Source: a virus (lineage: Duplodnaviria > Heunggongvirae > Uroviricota > Caudoviricetes). Taken from it: a DNA stretch of 64,000 nt. Shown piece after piece: positions 18,294 to 27,499 of the stretch (positions are counted from its first letter, which is position 1; each line of letters begins with the position of its first letter). Position numbers and translations under genes: made by a program. The notes beneath the pieces were generated by a model. That model had not been told where the DNA came from, did not search any database, and saw nothing but the letters and a program-made list of their open reading frames with translations. Location: the IMG/VR virus record IMGVR_UViG_3300044655_003531, positions 64,001 through 128,000 of that record; one strand, written 5' to 3'.

Positions 18294-20003
18294 TTAAGAT
18301 TCACAGGCAACACACTGAAGATCGTTTAAATTTAATTTTTTTCTGGAAAAAGCCTGGGCAGAGTTCATAGAATGCTGGTAGTACAAAGTTTTAATCCCGA
18401 GCTTCCAGGCATCGATCAGAAGTCTGTTCACGTCTTTGGTTGGCATTTCAGGAGAAATCATCAGATTGAGAGATTGAGCTTGATCGATGTAATCCTGTCT
18501 CACAGCCGCCTGGTTGATAATGGCCGCCTGGTTGATCTCGGAGAAAGTTCTGAACACTTCTTTCTGATGGTCAGTCAACCAATCGAAATGCTGGACAGAT
18601 CCATCGTGCTTTTTGATGCTGTCCCAGATGTATTTGGTGTCTTTATCCAGTTCAACTAGCAATTTTCTCAAAACCGGATTCTTGATTGAGACCTTGATCT
18701 TGGCGACATCCTTAACAAAACAATTGGACCAAATTGGTTCGATAGACTGAGAAACCTGGCCTAGAATAAAGGCAGAAGATGTGGTGGGAGCAATGGCATT
18801 CAGAGTCACATTTCTCCGGCCGTATCCAACGAGCATTTCGGGTTCTCCGAAGATGGTGGCTAGCTGCCTAGAAGCAGCATAGGATTCATCTTTGATGTAT
18901 TTGAAAACCTCCACGTTCAACTGGGCACTCTCTTTGCAGTCAAAGGGCAGAGATTTGGATTGAAGCAAGGAATGCCAGCCCAATACACCTAGACCCAGAG
19001 CTCTCTGTCTTTTGGCAAAATTGTAGGCTCTAGACAAATAAAAGAATGCTCTTTGTCCTTCCACTGTGCCGTCCTGCCTCAGATTATCTATTTTGGTCAG
19101 AAATTCCGTTACCACGGCATCCAAGAAATAGACCATGGTTTGAACTGCATCTGTGCCTTTCCATTCGTCGTAATGAAGTAAATTCATCGAGGACAGAACA
19201 CAAACAAAAGATTCGTCATCAGAATTGTGCAAGGCAATCTCAGAACAAAGATTAGAATTGGAAATTTTAAGATCTTTATCCCGATAAACATCCGGTGACT
19301 TGGAGTTCATGGTATCGCTAAACATGATGTAGGGATAACCTATCTCCCCTCTTCTCTGAATGACTTTAGCCCACACCGCTCTTTTTTCCTGATCTCCCAA
19401 GGTCATCTTGGTCATGAAGTCGTCAGAGACCGTCACGGCGTGGGTCAAATCCTGAATGGGAAATCCCTCGGTTCCGATGTCTAAAAACTCCAGAATGTCC
19501 GGATGGTCGATGGGCAGATAAGGTGAAAATCTGCCTCTTCTGGTCGAGCCCTGGGAGATGTTGTCCACCACACTCTGAAAAAGGTTCATGAAGTGGACTG
19601 CCCCTGGGGCGTGGCCGTTATCACTGACCGTGGCTCCTCGACCTCTGATGTTGCCAAAATAACCTGAAGTTCCTCCTCCCATCTTGCTCATTTCACCTAC
19701 TTCTCCTTGGGTATACAGGATAGACTCGATATTGTCCATTAGATGAGAACCAAAGCAAGAAACGGGGAGACCTCTTTTTTTCCCAAAATTAGCCCAAACT
19801 GGAGAGGAAAGGGAGTACCATCCTCTGCCCATATAATCAAAGAATTTGTCGGAAAATCCGGGCATGCCCAGCAATTTTTCTGCATGATCGGCAATGACTT
19901 TTACCCGGACCCCGGGATCTTCATGCTCGGCTAAATAGCCCCTTTTGAGAAAAGTCATGGATTCCCAATTGATCCAGTCGAAAGGTTTTCTGTCCCCTGT
20001 CAT
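18294..20003 (-). CDS. nrdA: Ribonucleotide reductase alpha subunit (class I, no ATP cone)
   Basis: LSSPVWAN, PVSCF, GGGTS, SNLCSEI, GLGVLG, IAPTTSS, KTLYY, C-terminal CVAC. Confidence 0.96.
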   Translation of the reverse strand: MTGDRKPFDWINWESMTFLKRGYLAEHEDPGVRVKVIADHAEKLLGMPGFSDKFFDYMGRGWYSLSSPVWANFGKKRGLPVSCFGSHLMDNIESILYTQGEVGEMSKMGGGTSGYFGNIRGRGATVSDNGHAPGAVHFMNLFQSVVDNISQGSTRRGRFSPYLPIDHPDILEFLDIGTEGFPIQDLTHAVTVSDDFMTKMTLGDQEKRAVWAKVIQRRGEIGYPYIMFSDTMNSKSPDVYRDKDLKISNSNLCSEIALHNSDDESFVCVLSSMNLLHYDEWKGTDAVQTMVYFLDAVVTEFLTKIDNLRQDGTVEGQRAFFYLSRAYNFAKRQRALGLGVLGWHSLLQSKSLPFDCKESAQLNVEVFKYIKDESYAASRQLATIFGEPEMLVGYGRRNVTLNAIAPTTSSAFILGQVSQSIEPIWSNCFVKDVAKIKVSIKNPVLRKLLVELDKDTKYIWDSIKKHDGSVQHFDWLTDHQKEVFRTFSEINQAAIINQAAVRQDYIDQAQSLNLMISPEMPTKDVNRLLIDAWKLGIKTLYYQHSMNSAQAFSRKKLNLNDLQCVACES

Positions 20004-20018
20004 AAATAATTATTTTTT

Positions 20019-21326
20019 TTAGAATAAGTCGTTAACGGTAATTGATTTAGATTTTTTGCTGTAATTAATGGATCTTTTATTGAAGAAGTCGGTGTGCTTA
20101 GTGGTCAAAATTTCATCATTCAGCCACTCTGTTTTTTCTAGCAGATTCTCTTTGACCTCAAAGATATTTTGAATGCCTATGGCGTTCAGAGAAAGATTAA
20201 ACCGATGTTTGATAAACTCAACAGTTTCGACCGCGCTTAAAAAATCGAGATCTCCTGCTTCGAAAATCCATTCTACAATTTCAAGCTCTGCTTCATAGGC
20301 TTCAAAGGTGGCATCAATGAGGTCCTCAACCAGGTCCTGAGTCCACCAAGAAGGATTCTCTTTTTTAATCAAATTCACCAGATCAAAACCAAATTCTGCG
20401 TGGATGTTTTCTTCTTTCGAGGTTGCCTCTACGGCATTGCTAATTCCTTTCAACATGTTCTTGTGTTTATTGAAAGAAAGAATAACCAGAAACTGGGAGA
20501 AGAGAGAGACATTTTCAACAAACATCGAAAAAAGGACAATGGATTCAAAATAGTCTCTGTTGTCGACAGATTTTGAATTTGAGATAGATTTCTCCAAATA
20601 TTTAATTCTTTTTCTGATGGCGGGTACTTCGAGCAAATTCTCAAATTCGGAGTTTAAGCCGAGAACCTGAATGAGATTGGAATAGGCATCGGCGTGTCTC
20701 ACCTCAGATTCGGCAAAGGTTGCACCGACACTCCCAATCTCCGGTTTTGGCATTCTCTTGTATAGATCACCCCAAAAAGTTTTAACTGCAATCTCGATCT
20801 GGGAAATGGCCAGCATCGCCCTCTGCACGGCCGACCTCTCTGGTTCTGACAGGTAAACCTTAAAATCCTGAATATCCGAAGTGAAATTGAATTCTGTGTG
20901 AACCCAATAGGAATGCCTGATCGCATCTACGTATTCCACTAACTCTGGGTACTCGTAAGGTTTAAGATTGATGCGTTTTGAGAAAAGGTTTGGTTGGTGC
21001 TTTGCCCTGTAGATGATGTACTCCTTGGCAACCTCATTCAGATTGTTGTCCATCAGTTTGTTCTCCACCATATCATGAACCTCATCTACGTGAGGAACCC
21101 TGTTCTTGTCACCTCTAAAGAGGCTTTTTTTGGTCAATCTTGCAATTCTGGCCGCCATTTCAGGATCCACTGTATTAACGCTCCGCATTGCCTTGACGAC
21201 CGCCTGTTCTATTTTCTGGGTTTCGAAAGGAACTTTGTCCCCACTTCTCTTAATGACGAAGTGACTTTCGCTGGGAAGAATTTCTTCTGAATTGTGCATG
21301 GTGGTTATTTTTTTGGTTTTCTCCAC
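20019..21326 (-). CDS. nrdB: Ribonucleotide reductase beta subunit with N-terminal ATP cone, class Id-like
   Basis: VIKRSG...YIIYR ATP cone; QIEIAVK, ESEVRHADAY, EENIH ligands. Confidence 0.95.
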   Translation of the reverse strand: MEKTKKITTMHNSEEILPSESHFVIKRSGDKVPFETQKIEQAVVKAMRSVNTVDPEMAARIARLTKKSLFRGDKNRVPHVDEVHDMVENKLMDNNLNEVAKEYIIYRAKHQPNLFSKRINLKPYEYPELVEYVDAIRHSYWVHTEFNFTSDIQDFKVYLSEPERSAVQRAMLAISQIEIAVKTFWGDLYKRMPKPEIGSVGATFAESEVRHADAYSNLIQVLGLNSEFENLLEVPAIRKRIKYLEKSISNSKSVDNRDYFESIVLFSMFVENVSLFSQFLVILSFNKHKNMLKGISNAVEATSKEENIHAEFGFDLVNLIKKENPSWWTQDLVEDLIDATFEAYEAELEIVEWIFEAGDLDFLSAVETVEFIKHRFNLSLNAIGIQNIFEVKENLLEKTEWLNDEILTTKHTDFFNKRSINYSKKSKSITVNDLF

Positions 21327-21365
21327 AGATAGGTCTCCCTAGAGTGAAGTGGATGGTTGTTTTTT

Positions 21366-21848
21366 TTAATAATTATTGGCCTGCCTCTCGATGTTGTGTC
21401 TGTTCTTGGCCACGTAATAATTGGTGATGGATTCCGGAGTTAAACCCAGGGCAATAGCCTCATTCATCATAAAATGGAGTTTATCTATCCATTCGTACCT
21501 TAATTCTTTCAGTTCATCTTCGGTCAAATCAGCCAGAGATCTGGACATTGCTTCCGCGTGTTTGGACTTCCAGGGTTTCCAGCAGGCTGGGTAGGTGTGA
21601 ATTCCAGTCAAGGCGTTTTGTAATTCCCGATCCTCGTCTCTAATGGCTTCTTCATTCCAGTCGATAAACTCTTTTAACTTCTTGATCGAAGATTGAATCT
21701 CCTCAAAATTGTACCCGTAGACTTCTTCCTGGATTGATTTTTGGAGGTTAAAAATTAGAGCTAGAGCGTCTTCCCCCTGGTCTCTTAATTCCTGATAATT
21801 GTTGTTGATCTCTAAATGGGCACAAGTCTGAAAATTGAGGTTTGTCAT
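21366..21848 (-). CDS. All-alpha dimeric dUTPase/dCTPase (MazG-like superfamily, T4 gp56-like)
   Basis: ELRYEWIDKLHF and KNRHNIERQANNY C-terminal pattern; co-transcribed with RNR. Confidence 0.75.
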   Translation of the reverse strand: MTNLNFQTCAHLEINNNYQELRDQGEDALALIFNLQKSIQEEVYGYNFEEIQSSIKKLKEFIDWNEEAIRDEDRELQNALTGIHTYPACWKPWKSKHAEAMSRSLADLTEDELKELRYEWIDKLHFMMNEAIALGLTPESITNYYVAKNRHNIERQANNY

Positions 21849-21922
21849 TATTTAAAAGTTTTTTAGGTCTGTTTGAATGAGTAGACTATATATCTAAATA
21901 GTCCCCTGCGGTCTGAAATTTT

Positions 21923-23326
21923 CTACGTTAAGTTTTTTAATTGTTTCTCTATTTTGTCAATTTCAATCTGCAATTGCAACATTTTATCTTTGGTCGATCT
22001 TCTCTGGGCATAGAGATCTTTAATGATCGATTTCAGAATGGGCTCCTCGTCGTCACCTCCAAAGAACGAACCTGAAGAGGTTTTGGTCCAGGAGTCCTGG
22101 GAGTGAGATATGTTCTTACCCTTGAAAACTTCTGGGGACAGACCCCACTGAACTATTGTGTTCGGATATAGGGAAGCAAAGTCGTAACAGGCAACCCATT
22201 CGTGCAGACCCTGGATGGGTTCTTTGACATAGCCACCCGTGAATTTGATGTGGTTTTCTTCTTTGCGGAGATTTACAAAAACTTGCTTCCGAGCCAAGAA
22301 TTTTCGGAGCATAATGACTTCCGTAGACCAAACAGGGGATAAAGCCCTGCCGATCTCGACCCCGTTGAGACAGGCAATCTTAAAATAAGTCAGGAGAGTG
22401 CCCAATTTTTTATCGATGTAATGGACCAGGGCACAGTCAATGGCGTTGTAAAGAATAAACTTTTTGAAATCTGATTGGTACAAGGTTCGGAGAGAGCCAT
22501 CATAGTGAATTTTCTTGAGACCCGTTGCCTTTTCTGCCACATAATCCAGTCGATTACTTTCTTTGATTTTGATAACCCTATCCCATTTTTTGTAGATTTC
22601 CAGATAGTCGACCATCTGCAAGTGAACCGGAATTTGGTTCTGACCGATGAGATATTTAGAGGGTGACATGATCTTGGGATCGATGCCCAGCCTTTTGGCT
22701 CGATTAAGCAAATAGGGCCAGTCGTAACCAAACCAGTTCCAGCCGGTGATCAGAGACATTTTGGCTCCAATGTCTTTGAAAAAAGTGTACATCATATCAT
22801 ACTCGGACTCGAATTTCATGTATCTGAAAGACCATTCATCACCCATCTTGCCGAGGTAGGTGTTCACTTCTTCATGAATCTGTGCCTGTGCCTCGGGGGT
22901 TAACTCATCCAAACCCAACACAATCAGTTTACATCTGTCAGTGGCAATACCGATCGACAAGACCCTATTTTTGGCACTTGAGGTGTCCAAAGAATCACCT
23001 AGCTCATCAGTCATCTCGACCTCAATGTCCACGAAATATTTTTTCGGGGTTTGAGATTCCCAAAGAGGTGCAGTTAGATCCCGATCACTCTCTTCTAACA
23101 GTTGAACTATTCGGTATTTGTCGTACTTTTGATTTTTGACTTTCTTGATGGGCTTGCCGTCCCAATTTTTCCAAACAGTGTCTCTGGCCCTATCGCTAGC
23201 TGAACAAATTTCCCACACGAATCTTTCTTCCTCAGGAATTTCAATGTTGACAAATTCAACATTCCCCTCCTTTGAAAAAGTAGAGACCGTTAAACCAGTC
23301 CCTTTATTTTCTATATCAATGATCAT
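21923..23326 (-). CDS. polB: Family B DNA polymerase, N-terminal subunit (3'-5' exonuclease + motif A)
   Basis: Likely start MIIDIE (23326); ExoI FVDIE, ExoII GWNWFGYDWPYL, ExoIII YNAIDC, motif A YDFASLYP; ends after the first fingers helix, lacking motifs B and C. Confidence 0.93.
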   Translation of the reverse strand: MIIDIENKGTGLTVSTFSKEGNVEFVNIEIPEEERFVWEICSASDRARDTVWKNWDGKPIKKVKNQKYDKYRIVQLLEESDRDLTAPLWESQTPKKYFVDIEVEMTDELGDSLDTSSAKNRVLSIGIATDRCKLIVLGLDELTPEAQAQIHEEVNTYLGKMGDEWSFRYMKFESEYDMMYTFFKDIGAKMSLITGWNWFGYDWPYLLNRAKRLGIDPKIMSPSKYLIGQNQIPVHLQMVDYLEIYKKWDRVIKIKESNRLDYVAEKATGLKKIHYDGSLRTLYQSDFKKFILYNAIDCALVHYIDKKLGTLLTYFKIACLNGVEIGRALSPVWSTEVIMLRKFLARKQVFVNLRKEENHIKFTGGYVKEPIQGLHEWVACYDFASLYPNTIVQWGLSPEVFKGKNISHSQDSWTKTSSGSFFGGDDEEPILKSIIKDLYAQRRSTKDKMLQLQIEIDKIEKQLKNLT

Positions 23327-23372
23327 AATTACGAAGTCAATTTTTGTCTTCTCCAGTTGGATATATACACAT

Positions 23373-23699
23373 ATGACCCCCCGTATTAAAAGTTTCAAAA
23401 AATTTTTATCCGAAAGCTGGAGCGCCTTCGCTCCAGGGAGTGTGGTAGTGCCAGGTGATTGGTATAAAGACAACGTTAACTCCAGAAATTATCGTCCAGC
23501 CTACACTCAGATGCCCCAGGTAGTTGACGATCTCTACAACACAACTGACTTGTATTCGTATCTAGACGAGTTAGCAGAGGAAGAAGAATTTCAAAAAATG
23601 CTTTCAAAAGACCACAAAGATTCTAAGAAAGTGCTAAAGTACGTAAAACAGAGAATTCATGAGACTCTATCTGGCAAGGCCAAAACGGAAAGTAAATAG
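23373..23699 (+). CDS. Small capsid-tagged hypothetical protein
   Basis: ATG 5 nt after GATATATA (23360-23367); MTPRIKSFKKFLSE. The longer ORF-track start overlaps polB. Confidence 0.7.
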   Translation: MTPRIKSFKKFLSESWSAFAPGSVVVPGDWYKDNVNSRNYRPAYTQMPQVVDDLYNTTDLYSYLDELAEEEEFQKMLSKDHKDSKKVLKYVKQRIHETLSGKAKTESK

Positions 23700-23703
23700 A
23701 GAG

Positions 23704-25401
23704 TTATAAGCCATATCTGGCTTTTGTGGCATTGTAAACTTGTGTAATTTCAGCTGAGCTAAGAGCTCTATTGTAAATCAAGGTCATACCAACCTGTTGA
23801 TTTAGATATGACGCATACTGTGAATTGTATGAAATTGTGATCGGCAATGTGTTGTTTACATCTCCGCTAAATGTTCCTAAAGTTGTAACTGTGGTGTTGT
23901 TGATTTGATTCCAATTGGTTCCACTTCTTTGGACACCAATTAATTTATATCCACTCCAGCCGTTCAAACCACCATTTGGACTTGTTCTTCCTTCCAGTCT
24001 TGCCGTAGAACTGCTGATAATAAAATACAAATCCTGAGGACTTCCCGCCCATACAATAGACCATCCCGCCACGTTACCGTCGAATCTGCTTCCCTTTCTA
24101 ATTATAGTTTTAGCGGAACCAGGATAAGAAGGTATTCCACCCACCCACATAAGAATTGTAAAACCTCCGGTTCCAAAATTCAAACTTGTCGCGTCCGCTA
24201 TTTCCACGTAGTCATTGATCCCATCGAATGTGATTATTCCTCCTTCATTCGAAGAATAAGTTGGAGAGTTAACTAAAGTGCCATTAAATCCATTCCCACT
24301 CAGATCGTACCAGGTTGTTCCAGTCGTGGGATAAGAAGGGGTAAATCCCGCATCTAGATTTAGTACCAAACCGGAAGTAACTATCGGCTCGTATTCTCGG
24401 TTAACGATCAGAATGTCGTTCTGAGGAGCAGCCCAGCTCAATACGTCGCTGGCTGAACTAAAAGTATTTCTGAACACAACGCCAGACACAGTCACTAAAT
24501 CATTACCGCTTGATGCAGTGTAAATAACAGGGGGTGAGGCAGAAGCCCCCGCTGTGGCAGGATTACCCAGATAAATCGTGTAACCACCGGAAGCCGGAAG
24601 GATACCGTTCCAATACCCACCCTGTGATGTTTCATAATAGGAAACAGTATCCGAAGGGCCTAATAAAAAATTGCTTTTTTGGAGAGAGACAGAAGACAAA
24701 GCGCCATATCCGCCCAATAATTGGGCTATGGTAGGCTCGGTTCCATCTACAATATCGACTCTAGGGTAACACCAATATTGTCTAGGTAAGTTGCTCTCTG
24801 CATAGTATAGATAAGTTCTGTGTCTAGCCTGGGTAGATTCTGTTCGCCAGACGAAATCTAGAGAAATACCAGCATATCTACCCAAGCCAATAGTATATCT
24901 GCCAGATTCTGGTTTGTTAGCTCCAGTCCCCGATCCAGATGGCCAAACGTGTCCAACCACTAAAATCCAGGTGCTGTTAGGCATCTCGGCTGTAGTTGGC
25001 GGATCAGACGACGTCCAAAAATAGGGGTTAGTGTTGTTTGTTCCGGTGGAACGACTTAAAACTCCATTAGTAGAACCAAATCCATTTGTTCCAAAATAGA
25101 ACCGACCCTCCACATACACTGTCCTTTTTACCCACACAGAAAAACGATAGAGCTTAGTGTGATCTATAGAAAAATTTGTCGTGTTCCAACCTCCGTCATC
25201 ATTTCCACCTCCGTCGGGTAGTGACAACCACAAAACCGTTTCGTTGCCCCAAGGGTCCAGACCGTTTACCAGTAGATTCTCTGCTGCCCCGCCATTTCTG
25301 GAGAAACCAGTAGCTGAGCTATTCCCAGCTACCCAAGTTGTGTAGTTGAGTAAATTTTTGGTGTCCCTGGTAACTATCTGGGATTTAATGACATTGCCCA
25401 C
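23704..25401 (-). CDS. Virion protein with C-terminal LamG/concanavalin A-like domain
   Basis: GLVLNLDAG..SYP..GTTWYDLSGN, FDGINDY, IYNRALS..EI.Q.Y; GATATATA 4 nt upstream of the GTG start. Confidence 0.8.
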   Translation of the reverse strand: MGNVIKSQIVTRDTKNLLNYTTWVAGNSSATGFSRNGGAAENLLVNGLDPWGNETVLWLSLPDGGGNDDGGWNTTNFSIDHTKLYRFSVWVKRTVYVEGRFYFGTNGFGSTNGVLSRSTGTNNTNPYFWTSSDPPTTAEMPNSTWILVVGHVWPSGSGTGANKPESGRYTIGLGRYAGISLDFVWRTESTQARHRTYLYYAESNLPRQYWCYPRVDIVDGTEPTIAQLLGGYGALSSVSLQKSNFLLGPSDTVSYYETSQGGYWNGILPASGGYTIYLGNPATAGASASPPVIYTASSGNDLVTVSGVVFRNTFSSASDVLSWAAPQNDILIVNREYEPIVTSGLVLNLDAGFTPSYPTTGTTWYDLSGNGFNGTLVNSPTYSSNEGGIITFDGINDYVEIADATSLNFGTGGFTILMWVGGIPSYPGSAKTIIRKGSRFDGNVAGWSIVWAGSPQDLYFIISSSTARLEGRTSPNGGLNGWSGYKLIGVQRSGTNWNQINNTTVTTLGTFSGDVNNTLPITISYNSQYASYLNQQVGMTLIYNRALSSAEITQVYNATKARYGL

Positions 25402-25404
25402 CTC

Positions 25405-25797
25405 TTATATATCCAACCGAACCTCCTCTAAAAACTTGGCCAATTTTTTATCGGTCACCTCTAGATCTCTCATTTTTTGGATGAAAATTTTCCAGGAGTC
25501 GTGGGCATATCTGCCCACACCTGGCAGTTCTGAAACTTGATGAAACCCCTCTAGCCATTTGTGGCTCATCTGAATAATTCTTTGGGCTTTGACCCGAGAA
25601 AAGCCGGTGCTTTTGATCAACTGAATCAGCTGATCAACATCACAATTTACGGCAGTGTCAGGATCGGGCACGAAAGAAAAAACGTCAGGGAGCACTTTTC
25701 GGACTTGCTGGTTTGAGGTCTGGTTAAGAAGAATGCAGCAGACCAGCATTCTCCAGGGTTCTTCTACATAATCTTCTTGAATAAGTCTTTCTCTCAT
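25405..25797 (-). CDS. MBD4-like HhH-GPD DNA glycosylase
   Basis: PWRMLVCCILLNQTS, HhH ELPGVGRY, catalytic-Asp region AHDSWKIF; likely start 25797. Confidence 0.8.
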   Translation of the reverse strand: MRERLIQEDYVEEPWRMLVCCILLNQTSNQQVRKVLPDVFSFVPDPDTAVNCDVDQLIQLIKSTGFSRVKAQRIIQMSHKWLEGFHQVSELPGVGRYAHDSWKIFIQKMRDLEVTDKKLAKFLEEVRLDI

Positions 25798-25810
25798 AGA
25801 GCAAACATAC

Positions 25811-25836
25811 AAAAAACCCGGCTTAGTTCAGCCGGG
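25811..25836 (-). terminator. Rho-independent terminator after hsp20
   Basis: Stem CCCGGCT/AGCCGGG, 6-nt loop, followed by 6 U on the minus strand. Confidence 0.85.
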
Positions 25837-25862
25837 CTTGCCTAAAAAGGAACTTCTGAAGG

Positions 25863-26219
25863 CTATAAAATTTCAATTTTTTTAGTCAGAGACTCTTTTC
25901 TTTTGGGGATTCTAAGGTGGAGAATTCCGTCCTGAAGTTTTGCCTCCGTCTTTTGACCTTGAACAGAGTTTGGAAGTTTGAACTTTTTAGAAATTTCAGA
26001 TGACCAGGGATTGGTGTCAGATTTTGCCTGCAGGGTCAGAATATTGTCGCTGACCTCTGCCAGGATTTCGCTCTGTTTATAACCTGGCATTTTGAATTGG
26101 GCTTCGAAGGCATCCTCTTGTTCTGAAACTTTATAGTCCAGATTTTCGACGATCTTAAGATCGTTGCCGAGGATTCTCTCCATCATTTCCAAGGGGTGGT
26201 AATAGTACATAGTTTTCAT
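25863..26219 (-). CDS. Small heat-shock protein Hsp20
   Basis: MPGYKQSEI, FKLP, AKLQDGILHLRIPK alpha-crystallin motifs. Confidence 0.9.
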   Translation of the reverse strand: MKTMYYYHPLEMMERILGNDLKIVENLDYKVSEQEDAFEAQFKMPGYKQSEILAEVSDNILTLQAKSDTNPWSSEISKKFKLPNSVQGQKTEAKLQDGILHLRIPKRKESLTKKIEIL

Positions 26220-26244
26220 AGTGATTTTTTTTAATCACTGCTAA

Positions 26245-26325
26245 TCAATCTTTGTACCAAAAAGAAATTTACGAGGATAATCGAAATTTTGTCACCCTTT
26301 CCCAGGTTTTTTAAGACAATTTGTC
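26245..26325 (-). promoter_or_regulatory. Sigma54-like -24/-12 site plus GACA-N3-TGTC palindrome upstream of hsp20
   Basis: Minus strand TGGTAC-AAAGA-TTGA (26245-26259); palindrome GACAATTTGTC (26315-26325); half-site TGACAAAATTTC (26283-26294). Confidence 0.4.
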
Positions 26326-26326
26326 G

Positions 26327-26803
26327 TTATTTGCCTTGAAATTTTTTCATGATCTGGATAAAGTCACTGAAGGATTGAATCGGGTTGGACGTTCTTCCAG
26401 TTTTTTTCTTTTTCGTGGATTGGGCGGCTGGAGTTCCAACTTTCAGACTGGGAAATTTATCGCCTGAGCCCTGTTTGGCAGGATCGTAAAAATTTTGGTT
26501 CGTACCAGGTCCTTCAGGAGGGGTGACCGCTCCCATGCCAGGAGTAGCGTTCAAGGTGGCAAAGGCACCCTCACTTTCACTTAGATCGTAGTCGGGATAG
26601 CCAGAATCTTGAACAAACTTTTCGGCTTGCCATGTTTCTGCACAGTATTCATTTTCGTGCATCCAATCGGCCAGTCTCTCTAGAATGCTGTCTGAACCAG
26701 AACATTCTGATTCGAAAAAAGGCATCTCGTCAGAGAGATCTTCTAGACACACAACTGCGTAACCTTGAGTCGAATTGCCTGTTGGAAAATAGGTGTTTTT
26801 CAT
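26327..26803 (-). CDS. Hypothetical protein with C-terminal CTS-like motif
   Basis: Acidic N-half, LNATPGMG segment, ends NPIQSFSDFIQIMKKFQGK. Confidence 0.7.
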   Translation of the reverse strand: MKNTYFPTGNSTQGYAVVCLEDLSDEMPFFESECSGSDSILERLADWMHENEYCAETWQAEKFVQDSGYPDYDLSESEGAFATLNATPGMGAVTPPEGPGTNQNFYDPAKQGSGDKFPSLKVGTPAAQSTKKKKTGRTSNPIQSFSDFIQIMKKFQGK

Positions 26804-26807
26804 GGGT

Positions 26808-27047
26808 TTATGCTAATATTTCTGAGACGTCTTTGGCGAAAATCCTGACAGTTCGATTTGGATCTTCGATGGCAATATAGCCGATGACCATCCCATTGAC
26901 ATCTTTAATGGGAGATTGGATTGATAAAATTTTACCACTCGTGTGTCTGACCTTCTTGCCCACATAGGGGTCGTCGCTAGACTGAATCTCTTGTCTTTCG
27001 GTCAGAATTTGATTCAAATTTTGATTGTTGCCGCATCCACAGGACAT
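26808..27047 (-). CDS. Small hypothetical protein (MSCGCG N-terminus)
   Basis: 79 aa; GATATATA at 27070-27077. Confidence 0.7.
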   Translation of the reverse strand: MSCGCGNNQNLNQILTERQEIQSSDDPYVGKKVRHTSGKILSIQSPIKDVNGMVIGYIAIEDPNRTVRIFAKDVSEILA

Positions 27048-27084
27048 AAAAAAGAGTTTAAATTTTTAGTATATATCTCAAAAA

Positions 27085-27498
27085 CTATCTAAAGTTTCCT
27101 CTCATTTCTTTCCTTTTTAAATAATAATACAGGTAATTAAGGGCTCTGAGATAGTCGGCCGGTTTAGTAAAAGGCCCCGGAAATTTTTTGATTTCATTTC
27201 CAAATCCCTCGGGAATTGTGTCGTCAACTTTCGGATTGTATCTTCTAACAATGCCTGTGGGATGGATTGTATAGAAGATTTTCTCCTCACCTGGCTCTAA
27301 AGATTCCTGATCAGGACGAAAAAATTTAAGGGTGTTGTTGAGACCCTGTTGAAGAGAATGCTGCTCAACAAAGCCCAGATCCAGAATTTTTTGATAAATG
27401 TCAGATTTCCTGATGCCTCCAAGAGAAAGACTCCTACGGGTATCGGTTAGATATTCTTCCCGAGGATCGTAGTCTTCATATTCGAGCAGGAATCTCAT
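27085..27498 (-). CDS. Hypothetical capsid-tagged protein
   Basis: Start MRFLLEYEDY (27498) directly follows the upstream stop. Confidence 0.65.
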   Translation of the reverse strand: MRFLLEYEDYDPREEYLTDTRRSLSLGGIRKSDIYQKILDLGFVEQHSLQQGLNNTLKFFRPDQESLEPGEEKIFYTIHPTGIVRRYNPKVDDTIPEGFGNEIKKFPGPFTKPADYLRALNYLYYYLKRKEMRGNFR

Positions 27499-27499
27499 G

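Noticed and set aside
21884-21899. NrdR box upstream of the dUTPase-nrdB-nrdA operon
   Set aside because: Only one half matches the palindrome, the match coincides with the GATATATA motif, and there is no second box.
18294-23326. Inteins or group I introns in RNR or polymerase
   Set aside because: The reading frames are compact and continuous; no splice motifs or homing endonuclease were seen.
23327-23473. N-terminal extensions in the ORF track (polB from 23473; also 23136, 43822, 35274, 27543, 2145)
   Set aside because: They overlap neighbouring genes; the downstream starts fit promoter motifs and domain boundaries better.
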